Of a DNA stretch of 34,632 nucleotides, positions 1 through 11,961 are shown piece after piece. The translations under genes were made by a program, and so were the position numbers. The notes under the pieces were generated by a model that saw only the letters and a program-made list of their open reading frames with translations, was not told the DNA's origin and ran no database searches. Source of the stretch: Bigelowiella natans CCMP2755 (Eukaryota > Protista > Cercozoa); assembly GCA_000320545.1 (NCBI GenBank), contig ADNK01002806.1:1-34632 (forward strand), read 5' to 3'. Every line of letters starts with the position of its first letter. Within the stretch, counting starts at the first letter, position 1.

Positions 1-641
1 GCCCCTCCTCCACGCTCGCACAGCAGTTTTGCAGGCTAAAGCACTGCTGCATTGTCCACGGCCTTCGCCGACCTCCATCATCATCACCACCAGGACGATG
101 GAGAAACGTCTCTCTCTGCTGCCCCTTGGAAGACTCCTCGTTGTTGTTGTTGATGTTATTGGCATTCTTGCTCTTCTTCGCCGTTCTGCCTAACACGCCG
201 CTGGGTCGGCACAGCATGATGAGATCCGAGAAGAGATACACGCGGCATGACCCCGCATACGACGCCGACGAGACTATCTTCCTGCAGCCTCTCGGAGATG
301 TTGTTGTTGGTGATGATGATGATGATGATGATGATAATGTCGTAATAGATGCGCTCGAGGAGGGTTCCAACGCCGATGAGCCACCATCATCATCTAACCG
401 ATCTTGGCGGGGGGGAGGGGACTGAGGAGAGACGTCCTGTGTGATCAGCGGCATCGACTCCAGAAGGCCCTCGCACACCAGCGAGCGCCCAGTCTTGAAT
501 AGTGCAATCATCACATTCCCTGCAACCTGTCGTGTCGGTGTTTGATTTCCATATTATTAGTCACAAGACGGCTGCAGCAAGAGGAGGAGGAGGAGGAGGA
601 GGAGGCTTTTGTGGTATCAACAACACCGCGCACGAACCAGC

Positions 642-679
<38 letters not shown>

Positions 680-2558
680 TTCTTTTTCTTCTTCTCCTCC
701 TCCTCCTCCTCCTCCTCCTCCTCTCACCTCGTGCTGTATCCTGGCCATAACCTCCATGGCCTTCTGGTCGTTTATCGCTTTGTTAATGCACGTCAGCGCC
801 TCATCAACGGCCGCACAGGCCTCTGCTAAAGGCTCGTAGTCCTGGTGGAACTTGGGCGTGGCTGCCTTCAACTCTTGCAGCAGCAGTCGATAGCGGGGCA
901 CACGCTGAATAGGCAGGATCAGCAAGCTCATCGCCCCCCCCTCCCCGACGATGTAGTGCCGCTCGCTGTCGGCCAGCACCTTCCGATAGCGCGCATTAGA
1001 CCGCAGCGTCTGCAGCACCCGCGCGTAGTTGGATGCATAATCGCGATACAGGGTGAAGAGGGGGCCGAATTGGGCAAACACGTCCCCGAGAGGCTGCTGA
1101 TGGTACCAGTGGGCGAGGCGGGAGGACAAGGTAGAGAGCAGCCGGAAGTTGAGCTTGAGGATTTGCCGTGCGGCGACGAGGAATACGTGAAGATGCGGGG
1201 GAAGGCCCAGGCGGGTGGAGGAGCTCGCATCGACGTACATGACCCGGTTGCACACGTACCTTTTTATATATATACACATAAATTCAAAAATACTCTCACC
1301 CGAGCATGAAGTCAGAAAACGACGTGCTCACCACACAAGCTGCTTGAGCCCTTCCACGTATGTGATTTCCGTCTCCTTTATCTCGGAAGCGACGAGGAAG
1401 CGACGGTTTGCCTTGCTTCTCTTCGCAGCACCCAACAAGGCTGGGTGCTTGAAATCAGAGGAGGAGGAGGAATAAGCGTGCTGCTGCTGCTCGGTTTTTC
1501 TTTCTCTCTGAGTGCTCTTTCTCTTGAATCGAGCATTTGGATTATGACGCGCGTCGCTGGCCTCGGCTTTGGCGCTATTGTTGTTGTTTGTGTTGGCGCT
1601 GCCAATGCTGGTGCGTCGATTCTGTTGGTTTGAGGGGGAGGGGCAGCTCCTTCGCCGCGAAGGGGGAGATGAGAAGGCAGCTGCTGCAGCTACTGCTGTC
1701 TTAGTACACAGTTGTAGTGCTTTGCCGTTCGTGTGCTTTGCTCTCAGTTTTCTCTGGGTCGTGGTCTTGTTCTTCCCCTTCTTATCTTCGCTGCCATCCC
1801 TCTCCCTCTGTGCTTTCTTCGAGTCGACTAGTTTCACGTTATTCTGGGTGGTAGCACTACTGCCTTGAGCGCCACCACTCCCCATGCCCTCCCGGTGCAC
1901 GGCGCTGCTTTTTGACTTATTATTTGCCTTGGTTTTGGGCTTTACCGCACCCCCTCCTCCGTTTCCTCTCTCCACGGGATTTTGCCTCTTCGCAGTCTTC
2001 TGCTGCCGTGAGCCCCCCCCCCCCCTCTCGGGCGGCATCACGATGTCTTTCTCTTCTCCGGACGCCCCCCGCAGTGGGCTAGCACCGAGCATTTGTGAGT
2101 AGCACTTATCGCACACTCGATCGCCCCCCTCCTCGTCTTGTAAAGGAAAAAGAACAGCGGAAGGCCCTTGTGCTCTTCCTTTATCTGCACTCACACTCTT
2201 TGCCGTCGTCGCCATCGCTGCTGCTACTGCTGTATTTGCTACTGCTGAGGAGGAGGAGGAGGAGGAGGAGGAGGAGGAGGACGATGATGATGATGATGAA
2301 GAGGAGATTATGCGGAGAAGAGCTTTTCGATTGACTTTATGCGATGAGCATGCGCCGCACACGCACTTTCCACACTTCCTGCAATGGTGGCGTCTGGTAC
2401 CCAGGAAGATAATGCCGAACGCCGCACCGCACAGCTCACAGGCAGCTGTGTTGGTGCTCCATATCGGGGCGAAGCTGCTTTTTGACGGCACGATTTTCTG
2501 GAACAGCCGCTGCCTCTCGCCGTCGCTCATCTTCGGCTGTTGTTGGGGAAACAATCAT

Positions 2559-2625
<67 letters not shown>

Positions 2626-3165
2626 ACACACGAATGCGCACAATCCTTTGCGTGCCCTGCGTCTCTAATATTGTATTCAGCGCTGCACCTTCTCCTTTCC
2701 CTCCCCCCGCTCTCCTTCCTTCGCTGCCAATCCCCCAGCGCAGTAATAAGCGTTGGCGCTGTCAAGAGGAGAGAGGCCTCCCCTGTCGCCTTGTCGTCCG
2801 CAGCAAGGTGTTTGCGCTGCCACCGCACCAGCTGTGCGTTCTTGATTGTCCCTCCGCTCAGGGTCATCGCTGGTGAAGAGCCACTATTACTAGCGATGTC
2901 GGCGTTGTTAGGGGGGGGGAACAGCGCCACGCGAGAGGCGATTATCCTCTCCTCGAGCAATCGCAGCCATCGTAGGCCTGAGGTAAATGGAGAGAAGGTG
3001 TTGTTATTGTTGTTGTCATTACTATAGGGAGGGAAGATAATGATGAAAAGGAGAAGTTGATTGGAAAGAAGCTCTTTTCTCTATGGGAATAACTAAGTCC
3101 GCATACGATTAGGTCGCTGCTCTTATGGTTTGTGCTCGTTTCGCAGATAATTCGTAGTTGTGCAA

Positions 3166-3196
<31 letters not shown>

Positions 3197-3814
3197 ATAA
3201 TGATGATGGTTGGAGATGGTGTACCCCTCTCTCTCCCATCCCCCCCCCCCTCCCGATTATTTATTACAGGTTGAATGGTTTTCGAATATCATCTCGAACG
3301 AGTACTCCGGGGAGCGAAACTGAATCGTCTTTGTTTTTAAATTGCTTGGCAGCGACGATGAGGATGATGATGATGAGGAGGAGGAGGACGTTTTGGCCTC
3401 GCCAGAACGGTCCCCATCACCCTAATACGGCATTCATATTGTTAGTTAATGGAATGTCCCTTTTATCCGCACACGCACACGCACACGCACACGCACACGC
3501 ACACGCACACGCACACGCACAAACGGCCGTTTCACGCCTCAAAATGAACGAGTCTTATCGCCAGTATATGTAACAGTCCTCATAGATTTACTACCGGGTC
3601 AACCCTGCAACGATGAAGAGGAAAGACCCCACGTGAGGTGATCCTTCCTCCGCCCGCATCGTCGCCGTAAACCTAGCATGGAGAGCAAAAAGAGGAGAGG
3701 GGGGAGGCGGGGGGTGGGGGGGGGAATGGCTGGTGTCACTACGCAAAATGCTGCAGCACAAAGGATATTGAGGCATTGCTCTCGGCGCAACTTTTAGATA
3801 ACACTAGTGCTTCA

Positions 3815-3856
<42 letters not shown>

Positions 3857-4122
3857 CTGCGAACATAATTTTTGAACGAGGTTCTCCATTCAGTCGGCTT
3901 TATGACAACAGCGTTGTTCTCTTCTTACCATTAGATCCGAGAGCAGGAAAAACAGGCAACTGCGCTCCTGGCGATGGCCTCGGCGACGCAGCCAACACGA
4001 GGTCACGAGCCGCCTCCCAGGACTTGCCAGCACTATACAAGCTTCACGGTGAAATCGGCGTTGTAGAGTTATCTAAGAAAGAGGGCCAAAAAAAGGTGAC
4101 AACCAGATAATGAGTCCCTTTC

Positions 4123-4153
<31 letters not shown>

Positions 4154-4472
4154 CCCCCCCCCCCCCCTCTCTCGTGAGAAGAGCGATGTAATCTGATGCA
4201 TATTCGATACCAATTCGTCTATCTGCACATGCTCCTTCATCGCAAGCTCGATGCGACGAGCTGCTCGGTCTGCACGCGAGAGAGCCGCCCCGACCCCATC
4301 ACGGGAGTTGTGATTGTCCGGAAGGCATTTAAGCAGCTCACGAAGCAGCAAGGGGTACCGAGGTACCTAGGAACATAACCCATCCATTTGGGAGAAGCAA
4401 CGTGGAAGGCAAAAAAGAAGAAGAGAAGAATGATGAGGAGATGACATGAACATAACAGGACGTGAGCGAAGA

Positions 4473-4511
<39 letters not shown>

Positions 4512-4975
4512 TTATATATTTATATATACATGCCAATGACTCCCGAACCAATATCAGTTTTCTGATTTAGATGCTTACTCGTTGTATTGGCATTATCAGG
4601 AAGCTTTGAAGAGTGCGGCCAGAGCAGCGCGAATCCGCCGCAGCAGCTGCTAAGAATCGCTTGAGGCTTGGAGAGGTTGCCTCATGGTTTTGAATACGAG
4701 CCCTCACATCGTCGAATGTTCCTGCGTACTGCATGTATGGATGGCGAGTGAGTACGAAATAGCTTTAGAGTATACAATCCAAGGTCAAGAAGAAGAAGAG
4801 AGAAATAGAGAATGGAATAGGAAAGTAATAAAACGAACACCACAGAGTGATGGTAAATAACATGCGTGGGATATGGCGTTAGTGTGTTTGTATACCTCGC
4901 AGTACAATTCAAGCAAGGGGGCATATCTTCGGCGACCAGATAAACACACAAACACACGCAAACACACAAACACAC

Positions 4976-5013
<38 letters not shown>

Positions 5014-5715
5014 ACACACACTCATATGTGCAAGAATGCGCGCTATGGCCACGACCCGAATAAAAATGTAATACCCAAATCATGATCCCTCCTCCCCACC
5101 CCACATCCCCTTTTACACTCAGATACTTTGTAAAAATTTCCCCTATGGGTTCAACAGCCTCGGGTTTTGATGGATCTTGCCAGGACTGCAGCCTTTGCGA
5201 CAAGTCTTCTGCAAATTTAGCATTTAAAGCCGAGATCTGGGACACGTTGCTGCGGGTTGTAAAGTTTTACATTAGATTGAAGACATGGGTGAGGGAGAGG
5301 TGGGGGAAAAGGGGAGGGGGGAGGGGGCGACGAACCTAAAGAAGACAGTAATGAGGCCATCTTTCAACATCGAACTTTTCTGCACCTAATGAAAGAGGAA
5401 AGCGTCATTGGATACTACCTGCGGCGCAATAATGCTGCAGCCCTAGAACTGAGAAAAACCTTTACCCCGTCTCTAACATTTCATCACCCTTCTCTATAAT
5501 GTCGAATCCCTCCCGACAAGAGCACCGAACACGACGGTGTTGGGTGCTGCCCTCTGCGCTGCCGCCCCACCCTGATTTCTCTGTACCTGCAAAGGCCGGT
5601 AGTAGAGTTCTATCAATGTATTGAGATGGTTAACATAGCGTTCCTCCGTATCGCAAATCTCCCTTACGATCCGGTAGTGCTTGCACGGGGAGCGGACGGG
5701 CGGCTCGGCCGCCAT
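1..5715 (-). CDS. Multi-exon RhoGEF with apparent DH-PH-FYVE-DH-PH architecture (FGD-like); runs off the left window edge
   Basis: DH1 pieces: [21 protein letters not shown] (~5680-5590), [16 protein letters not shown]...IGEIFTKY (~5245-5120), [13 protein letters not shown] (~4365-4325). FYVE: W..CELC...[17 protein letters not shown]...RVCDKC (~2460-2100). DH2: [19 protein letters not shown] (~1410-1345) and [19 protein letters not shown] (~925-865). PH-like frame [10 protein letters not shown]...[14 protein letters not shown] (~520-200). GT-AG introns carry (CA)n/(GA)n. Exact exon borders are only partly resolved, and it could be two adjacent genes. Confidence 0.8.
2246..2298 (-). repeat. 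(GAG)n(GAT)n tract encoding poly-Ser within the FYVE region
   Basis: In the 408-aa minus-strand ORF it translates as a run of ~18 Ser. Confidence 0.8.
3469..3520. repeat. (GCACAC)n hexamer microsatellite, probably intronic
   Basis: About 8-9 perfect tandem copies visible. Confidence 0.9.
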
Positions 5716-6189
5716 GACTTCTTTCTTTCCCCAATGTTGTTGTGGTTTTGTTGTGAGTCGTACCCGGTTTTCAGCTCCGAAATGCCTGGTACATATTGTC
5801 GCAATATCCAATTTGCCATCGCATCCTCCTCATGCGACAAGATGAAATGTGTGTCGCCTCAGGCTGTGAGCTCTTTCTGGTGCGCTGCCTGTCGAAAGAG
5901 GTGAGTCGGGGAAGAAATTCCCTGAAATTCATCCGAGTTCGGAGGCAATTCTTACCACAATGTCCTGAGTTGTCGCAGGGTGAAAATCTACGATCATCGA
6001 TTTTTTACGACAACAAGTATGACGCAGGGAGAAATTGGCCTACGTTTTTAGGTACGCCTACCATCGCGTCACCTCTCGTTCGGAACGGACGGGGGGGGAT
6101 AGATAGATCTAATGGATGCAACTGTATGGTCGATCTGAGAGAGTGGAGCCAGGCTTCCCCCGGTTAGCGGAGCTGGGGCAAGGTCGAAT

Positions 6190-7032
6190 ATGGCTAGGCT
6201 CTACCAAGTGGCTGGGGTTCTGTTTGCTTTGATTATCCTCCTCCAACTTCAGCAGCAGCTCCCCCCTATTACGTGGAGGACAGGTCACCGATAACACCGA
6301 CGACGAAGCTGACTGTGAGCCCTCAGGAGCTAGTTACCGTGTGATTTGAAACTTACTGAGTATTACGTTTGCCTTTATAATCCATTATCCCTTTACACAG
6401 GCCCGCTTCGGGTCTTACCTAGCGATGTTGCTGGAAATGAACCACTTGGAATAGATACGGAGATCCAAAGGCTCGGGTTTGAAAATAAGGAAGTGGAGGA
6501 CGAGAGCGAAAATAGCGACCGAGATCACAATCATAGCAAGAACATATCCCAAAGAGGAGAGAATCCAAGTAAAGCTAATAGCCTTGACGAATTCCATGCA
6601 ACAAAGGAAAAAGAGCCTGATCCCATTGCGGGGAAGGAAGACAGGGTGGCTTTCCTCGATGGTGCTAACTCAATTCCGAATGATGGCAGTGATGAACTCC
6701 CATACAATATTAGCCAAGCCATTTCCTCGCTCGAGCGCTCTGACCTCTACCGATCAAGTCCGAAGGAGACCAAGTTGCATCGATTTGTAAACAGTGGGGA
6801 GCGAGGAGGACTGCTGTGCCACGCCGTCTGCGTTGTCGGGATACCGAGAACTTTGATAAATAAGCCCGTTTACGCTGGACTAAGAGACAACTTTGTTGCC
6901 TCCCTGAAGCCCTGCGTTGATGGTCCATATCTACTAGAGGAAGAGCAAGAAGAAGAAGAAGTTTTACCGTGAACATCACCACTACAACAGAGAACAATTA
7001 TCATATTCTTTAGCATATCACTGCCTAACGAG

Positions 7033-7080
<48 letters not shown>

Positions 7081-7923
7081 TGAAAATTAGTTTACTGGGC
7101 GATTGAGACGGAAGGGACTGGCCATCGGCCTGGAATACCAGAACTTCCCACCACCTACGCAGACTTGATTCCTGCCCTGCAAGCGACAAAACCCGTATTC
7201 ATCCAAAACGCTCCCGGAGGTTGGCGCCAGAAGTTCCGCAAATGTGTTGCAGCCGCAAAAATAGTCGAAGCATCAATAGTACCATCTGCCTCCTCCTCTT
7301 CTCTCTCCCCATCCTCCAGTCGCCGTCACTTCTACGACATAATTCATCGAGTGCGCCCCGACTTTTTATTTTATAAGCAAATCGACGCTGGAGCAATATA
7401 CCCCTCCCCAGCAGGGGGGGGGAGGCCAAGGCACTACTTCTCAAATATCTTCGACTTCTACGAGGCATTCTCTCAGCCGAAACTGCCAGGGACTGCCGTG
7501 GTTGTAGTAAGATTTCACAGAATACGATACAAAGCACCCGGCCCTGTCCGACATTGATATGCATTCGCTTGTGCGCGCGTGATGTAATATGGAAGGTCTC
7601 GCACTCTGTGGACTTTCCGGGAGCACGTATATGTCGGCCCGATCCACGTAGCCAGCGGATCCTTGATGCCTTCGATCTCATGTGGCAAAACCTTCTTCCC
7701 CTCTCCAAGGTAATGCTATTGAACAATGGAAAATACAAAACACAATGACCGCCCTAGTGCACGGTATCCCCAGATACCTTGCGTGCTTGAAGGGGCGTCT
7801 ACCCTGATCCTCCGCCTTATTTGTGCAACAACAACAACTTATTTGTTCGAACGAAAAGGACGCTCCAAGATGGGTGAACATGGTTCCTTCCTCTATTCGG
7901 CCGGCGCGACAGTTTGGTCGTAG
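6190..7923 (+). CDS. Type II membrane protein, putative glycosyltransferase-like (3' exon structure uncertain)
   Basis: ATG 6190 gives MARLYQVAGVLFALIILLQ (signal anchor). Phase-compatible introns 6284-6400 and 6923-7090 give an acidic stem, then HAVCVVGIPRTL...NFVASLKPCVDVYWAIE and KFRKC...YDIIHRVRPDFLF, a motif layout resembling algal GT-like proteins. The frame after ~7540 is unresolved. Confidence 0.6.
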
Positions 7924-9933
7924 CGGGCAAGCGAAAGAGGATATAGCCTTCCGCACATTCTCCGTGTTTTGCTACCGTTTCGAATTGCTAGAGCTCGAGC
8001 TGGATGGGGAGGAGCATGAGCAGTGCGAGACGTGTAGGGAGGTTGGTGGCGTATGACACTAATACGATAAAAGCATTTTTCTATATAATTTCGACTGCGA
8101 AAACGAAGAAGACAGTGCCGAGGGGCAATTGCTAAATCCGAATCCGTTGTCACTGTTCACCGATTTTGAATGTTTCAAAGCACCATGTTCGTAATCCATG
8201 ATCGCCAAGAATATTGTGTAGTCATCATTGTCGCTACTGTTATCGATGGTGATTAGGATGCATGTGGGGGCCCTCCACGGGAATGGTCATTTCACAACCA
8301 CCATCTTCATGTGAAAGGCCAGAAAGAGCCGGAACAACGCTGCGCTCTTGCACAGGAGCTCCTCTGGGCTCTTCGGCAAAGCAATGATGGCGGCGATTCC
8401 GGGAAGCACGCAGCAGAGATCATCACATATCTCTATCACACCGCCGAGTTCCTTGTGGAAAACTTCTCCCGTTTGCACAGGTAGGAATGAATGATTATGG
8501 CGAGGACGGCTAAAGTGATTATGATTATGATGGTGGTGGTGATGATAATTACGATGATAATGGTGGCGATAATGATGACATGACGATGACGATGCGGCAC
8601 AGAGCTGCCCCTACCCCTGCCCTTACTGTATTCTATCCTTTGCTCCCCGCGGGTAATGCTCTTTCACCATCTAAGACTCGAGAGAATACGAGGGAGCGGT
8701 CATGTATAGAAGATTTATCTTGAACAGATAGTAAAGCTTATGTAAAATTTCGCTTCATCACACCCTAAAAGGCAGTTTTGGCACATCCATGAGACCTGTC
8801 GCCATTTTCGTACGGAATTGGCAGACTCATCCATTGCTCCAAACAACGACACGCATAAGGACGAAACGGGAAGCGGGCAGGACAACGAGGGGGGGGACGC
8901 GAAGGGCAACGATGGCTCCCAAGTCCAAAGGCATTTTAGCATGCTAAATTACTACGATCACAGTTCTATCGAATGCGATTCGTCTGTCACACCAGCAACT
9001 GCTCGCCTCGCACGCCAGAGCTTCGTTAGGGAATCAATCCAACGCCTTGTGCACGTGCTAGATGAAAGTCGAGAGACGCTAGCAGCGGTTGCGGCGGCAG
9101 CAGGAGAGTCAACGACGGCAAGGAAAATAAAGCGGGATGCAGATGGAGAAGTAGGGCAACAGAACCTCGTTGTTGCGCGTAACGGTAGTAGTAACAGAAG
9201 CTATATCGGCAGCGGCGAAAGTATTGGAAATAGCTCGGACAGGGGTTCTGAAGATCGATCGGGGTCCCTCTCTAAATCCGGTTACTCATTGGGGACTTCC
9301 AAACAACGTAACGGGCGGGAGGCACAGAGAGCTGGAGCAATATGGGCGCGGACGCACGCAGAACTTGCGATATTCTGCGACATTTACCGTTACCAGTTGG
9401 ATTTTCTCAGCAGCGGTACCAGTGGCGGCGTTAGTCGCAGCGAGCGCCATGAAGGGATTAGTGACGCCGATTTTAATAATGATGATGAAGATGCCGATGA
9501 CGGGCACAACGGTGGTGGTGGGGGTGTTGCTATTCGTAGCAACCGTGGTGGGAATGATGATGATCACGATGGCGACGAGTATACATTGGTAGACGTAGCG
9601 AACAGGTTTAAAGTTCTTGATGCTGCTATGAGTGAAGGACTCCTGAGTAATCGCTCTGCAGAAGCTGATAAAAACTATGTTAGACATAGTATCGTGAATA
9701 AGAATTCCAAGGCACTTGCTAACGATCCCATTCTCAGCGGGGCAAGTATGAGCTCGATGCGGAAGATCATCGAACAACTTACTCAAAAAGTAAGCAGTAG
9801 CGTTACCAGCAAGAAGATAGGCACGAATAATGATAGAGATATAAAGAATACAGAGGAGCATGATATTTATAAAACTCTTTGCGACGAAATAGTGCTATTT
9901 GACGGTTTTCGATGCAGGACCGCTAATGACTAG
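7880..9933 (+). CDS. Hypothetical protein (multi-exon; 5' end uncertain)
   Basis: 371-codon open frame 8818-9933, open back to ~8772. An open exon-like segment at ~8258-8480 (DACGGPPREWSF...VENFSRLHR) ends in AG|GTAGG, phase-compatible with an acceptor at ~8771. A possible first exon lies at ~7880-8040. No recognised domain. Confidence 0.55.
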
Positions 9934-11397
9934 CAGCAACTTGGAGAGCAGATGAAAGTCCATCCTCACTTGTCCCTTGCATGACCATGTCATTAGCGTC
10001 CGAAAAAAGCATGGAAATCGCTTACAAGCTAGCAAGTTGAAATTTCATTTTGGCTTGTTGCGCTTTGCACATCATTGCAGGATGATGAGCTTTCACATGA
10101 TCGCTGTGCATTGCTCATTGCGTCTGCTGCAATGCTCGCACACTCAGAGACACTAGTTTCCAGAGACTCAGTGTGAATGTCATGCTAGCTGGCATGATCA
10201 TTCATTCTGCTAGCATGACACATGGACACAATGCTAGAATGACATGGCGCAAAATGAGGCAGCAAGCTAGCAACCGCTGTGCGTGTGATGCATGTTGAGT
10301 GATGAACATGAAATTGTTGTCATTGTTGTGACCGACAACACGTGCACACAGTGCAAGCACACCCATCGCAAAGCGACACTGCTGCATTCCAGCATTGTGC
10401 CATGCTAGCATGCACTGTGTCGTGCCACTGCAGTGTTTCACTGCTGACTGCATCACATTGCATCATCATGCTTGTGCTTTCTAGCTTTGCAGGGGGGCAC
10501 TTTTGGGGGAAGGGCTAGAGAGGGATGCACACGAGTGCAAAGCATTGCAAACGTGACACACAAACATGCCAGCTAGCCAGCATGACACATTGCACATGCA
10601 TGCCAAAAAAAATGTTAACAACTGCCCTCTTTGCTAGTTTTGCCCTGGGGCGACCTTGAAACGACACGACAAAGTCTCGCACTTCACCAAAACAGCAGAG
10701 CAGTCCTTCACACCCCTGAGCAATGCTTTGCGGTCCACAGGTAGCGCTTGCACAGCGACTCTGCCTTTCCGCACCACGTCGGTCCCACACAACACATTCG
10801 AACACCTTCGGAATTTCCAAGAGACACAATAATCTTCGGACACATTCGGACACATCGGACTATTTCACAACACCCAAGGGTCCCTTTCCTTTCCTTGCTC
10901 TCCTCCATGATGCAGCCAAGGGTTTCTCACTCCCCTGGAATCCCGGCAGGCATGCGCGGATTCCACTCCAAACTTTCACACATGACCCCTGTGGACCATG
11001 TGAGGGCCCTAGGACCCTCAGGGAAGCAAAAAAAAATGTTTTTTGGAAAATCGAAAATGGGCAGGGCACAAACTTTGAGTGCTCCGGAAACGCCCCTGAC
11101 TTCGCCTCCTTCCACAAAAACCATGCCAAAGTGACAGGTGCAAAAAGATCTTTCTTCTCTCAAATTTTCACAACTCAAAACACAAAATTGAACATTTCCG
11201 GAGCAAAATTGCGCGCGCAGGCACACTTTTTTGCAGTTTGTGGCAGGCGCAGCGCGGCGCAGCGGGCTCACCAGTTCATTTTTCACTGGTCAAAATTGGC
11301 ACATTTCTTCTGAAATGATTCACAGTTTCAAAATGACATGTTCAAATTCGACAGCGAGTGATGAACGAAGAAAAAGTGAGCCACGATGCACACGTGC

Positions 11398-11497
11398 ATG
11401 GTGTGTGCGTGTGTGTGTGCATGTGCATGTGTGCATGTGTGTGTGTGTGTGTGCACGTGTGTGTGTGTGTGTGTTGTCGTGTGTGCATGTTGTGTGC

Positions 11498-11563
<66 letters not shown>

Positions 11564-11615
11564 ATGTGTGCATGTGTGTGTGTGTGTGTGTGTGTGTTGT
11601 GTGTGTTGTGTGTGA
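11398..11615. repeat. Interrupted (TG)n microsatellite inside the TIR element
   Basis: About 215 bp of TG repeats, interrupted mostly by GCAT/GCAC and never by GTAT/GTAC. Confidence 0.9.
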
Positions 11616-11688
11616 ACATGCAATCAAACACCACGATGCCAGCTCTGGAGGGTTGTGTGTTCCGGATCTGCACATGCATCTTGTGTGG

Positions 11689-11961
11689 TCAGCACACAGG
11701 CATGACTGCATGGCACACATCCTTCAAACCATCCTCCTTGCAGCTTCTCCTGATGTGACGCCATTCGTCCTTGGCAACCGAGAACGTTGCCTCAAGTTCT
11801 CCCCAAGGACGTGTCTTCCCGTCCAGCCTCCTCGTCACATGTCCCCAACCGCACTTTGGCAGAGAAATCACACTGTCGTGTGCAACTACGACTCCGTTGT
11901 GTTCATGATGCACCCTCACATGACTCCCGTTCTTCAACACAAAATTCTCTGAATTTGACAT
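11689..11961 (-). pseudogene. 90-aa Tyr-less, His/Cys-rich ORF in the element; likely a hypermutated cargo gene or fragment
   Basis: MSNSENFVLKNGSHVRVHHEHNGVVVAHDSVISLPKCGWGHVTRRLDG... has 0 Tyr, 8 His and 4 Cys, but otherwise a globular-looking composition. Confidence 0.45.

Noticed and set aside
126-3573. Plus-strand ORFs and HT/RE/CV-repeat ORFs over the RhoGEF gene
   Set aside because: They are antisense shadows of GC-rich exons or translations of microsatellites.
10202-11952. Many overlapping ORFs in all frames (Cys/Val/His/Thr-rich)
   Set aside because: They are a by-product of TAA/TAG depletion and the TG microsatellite, not genes.
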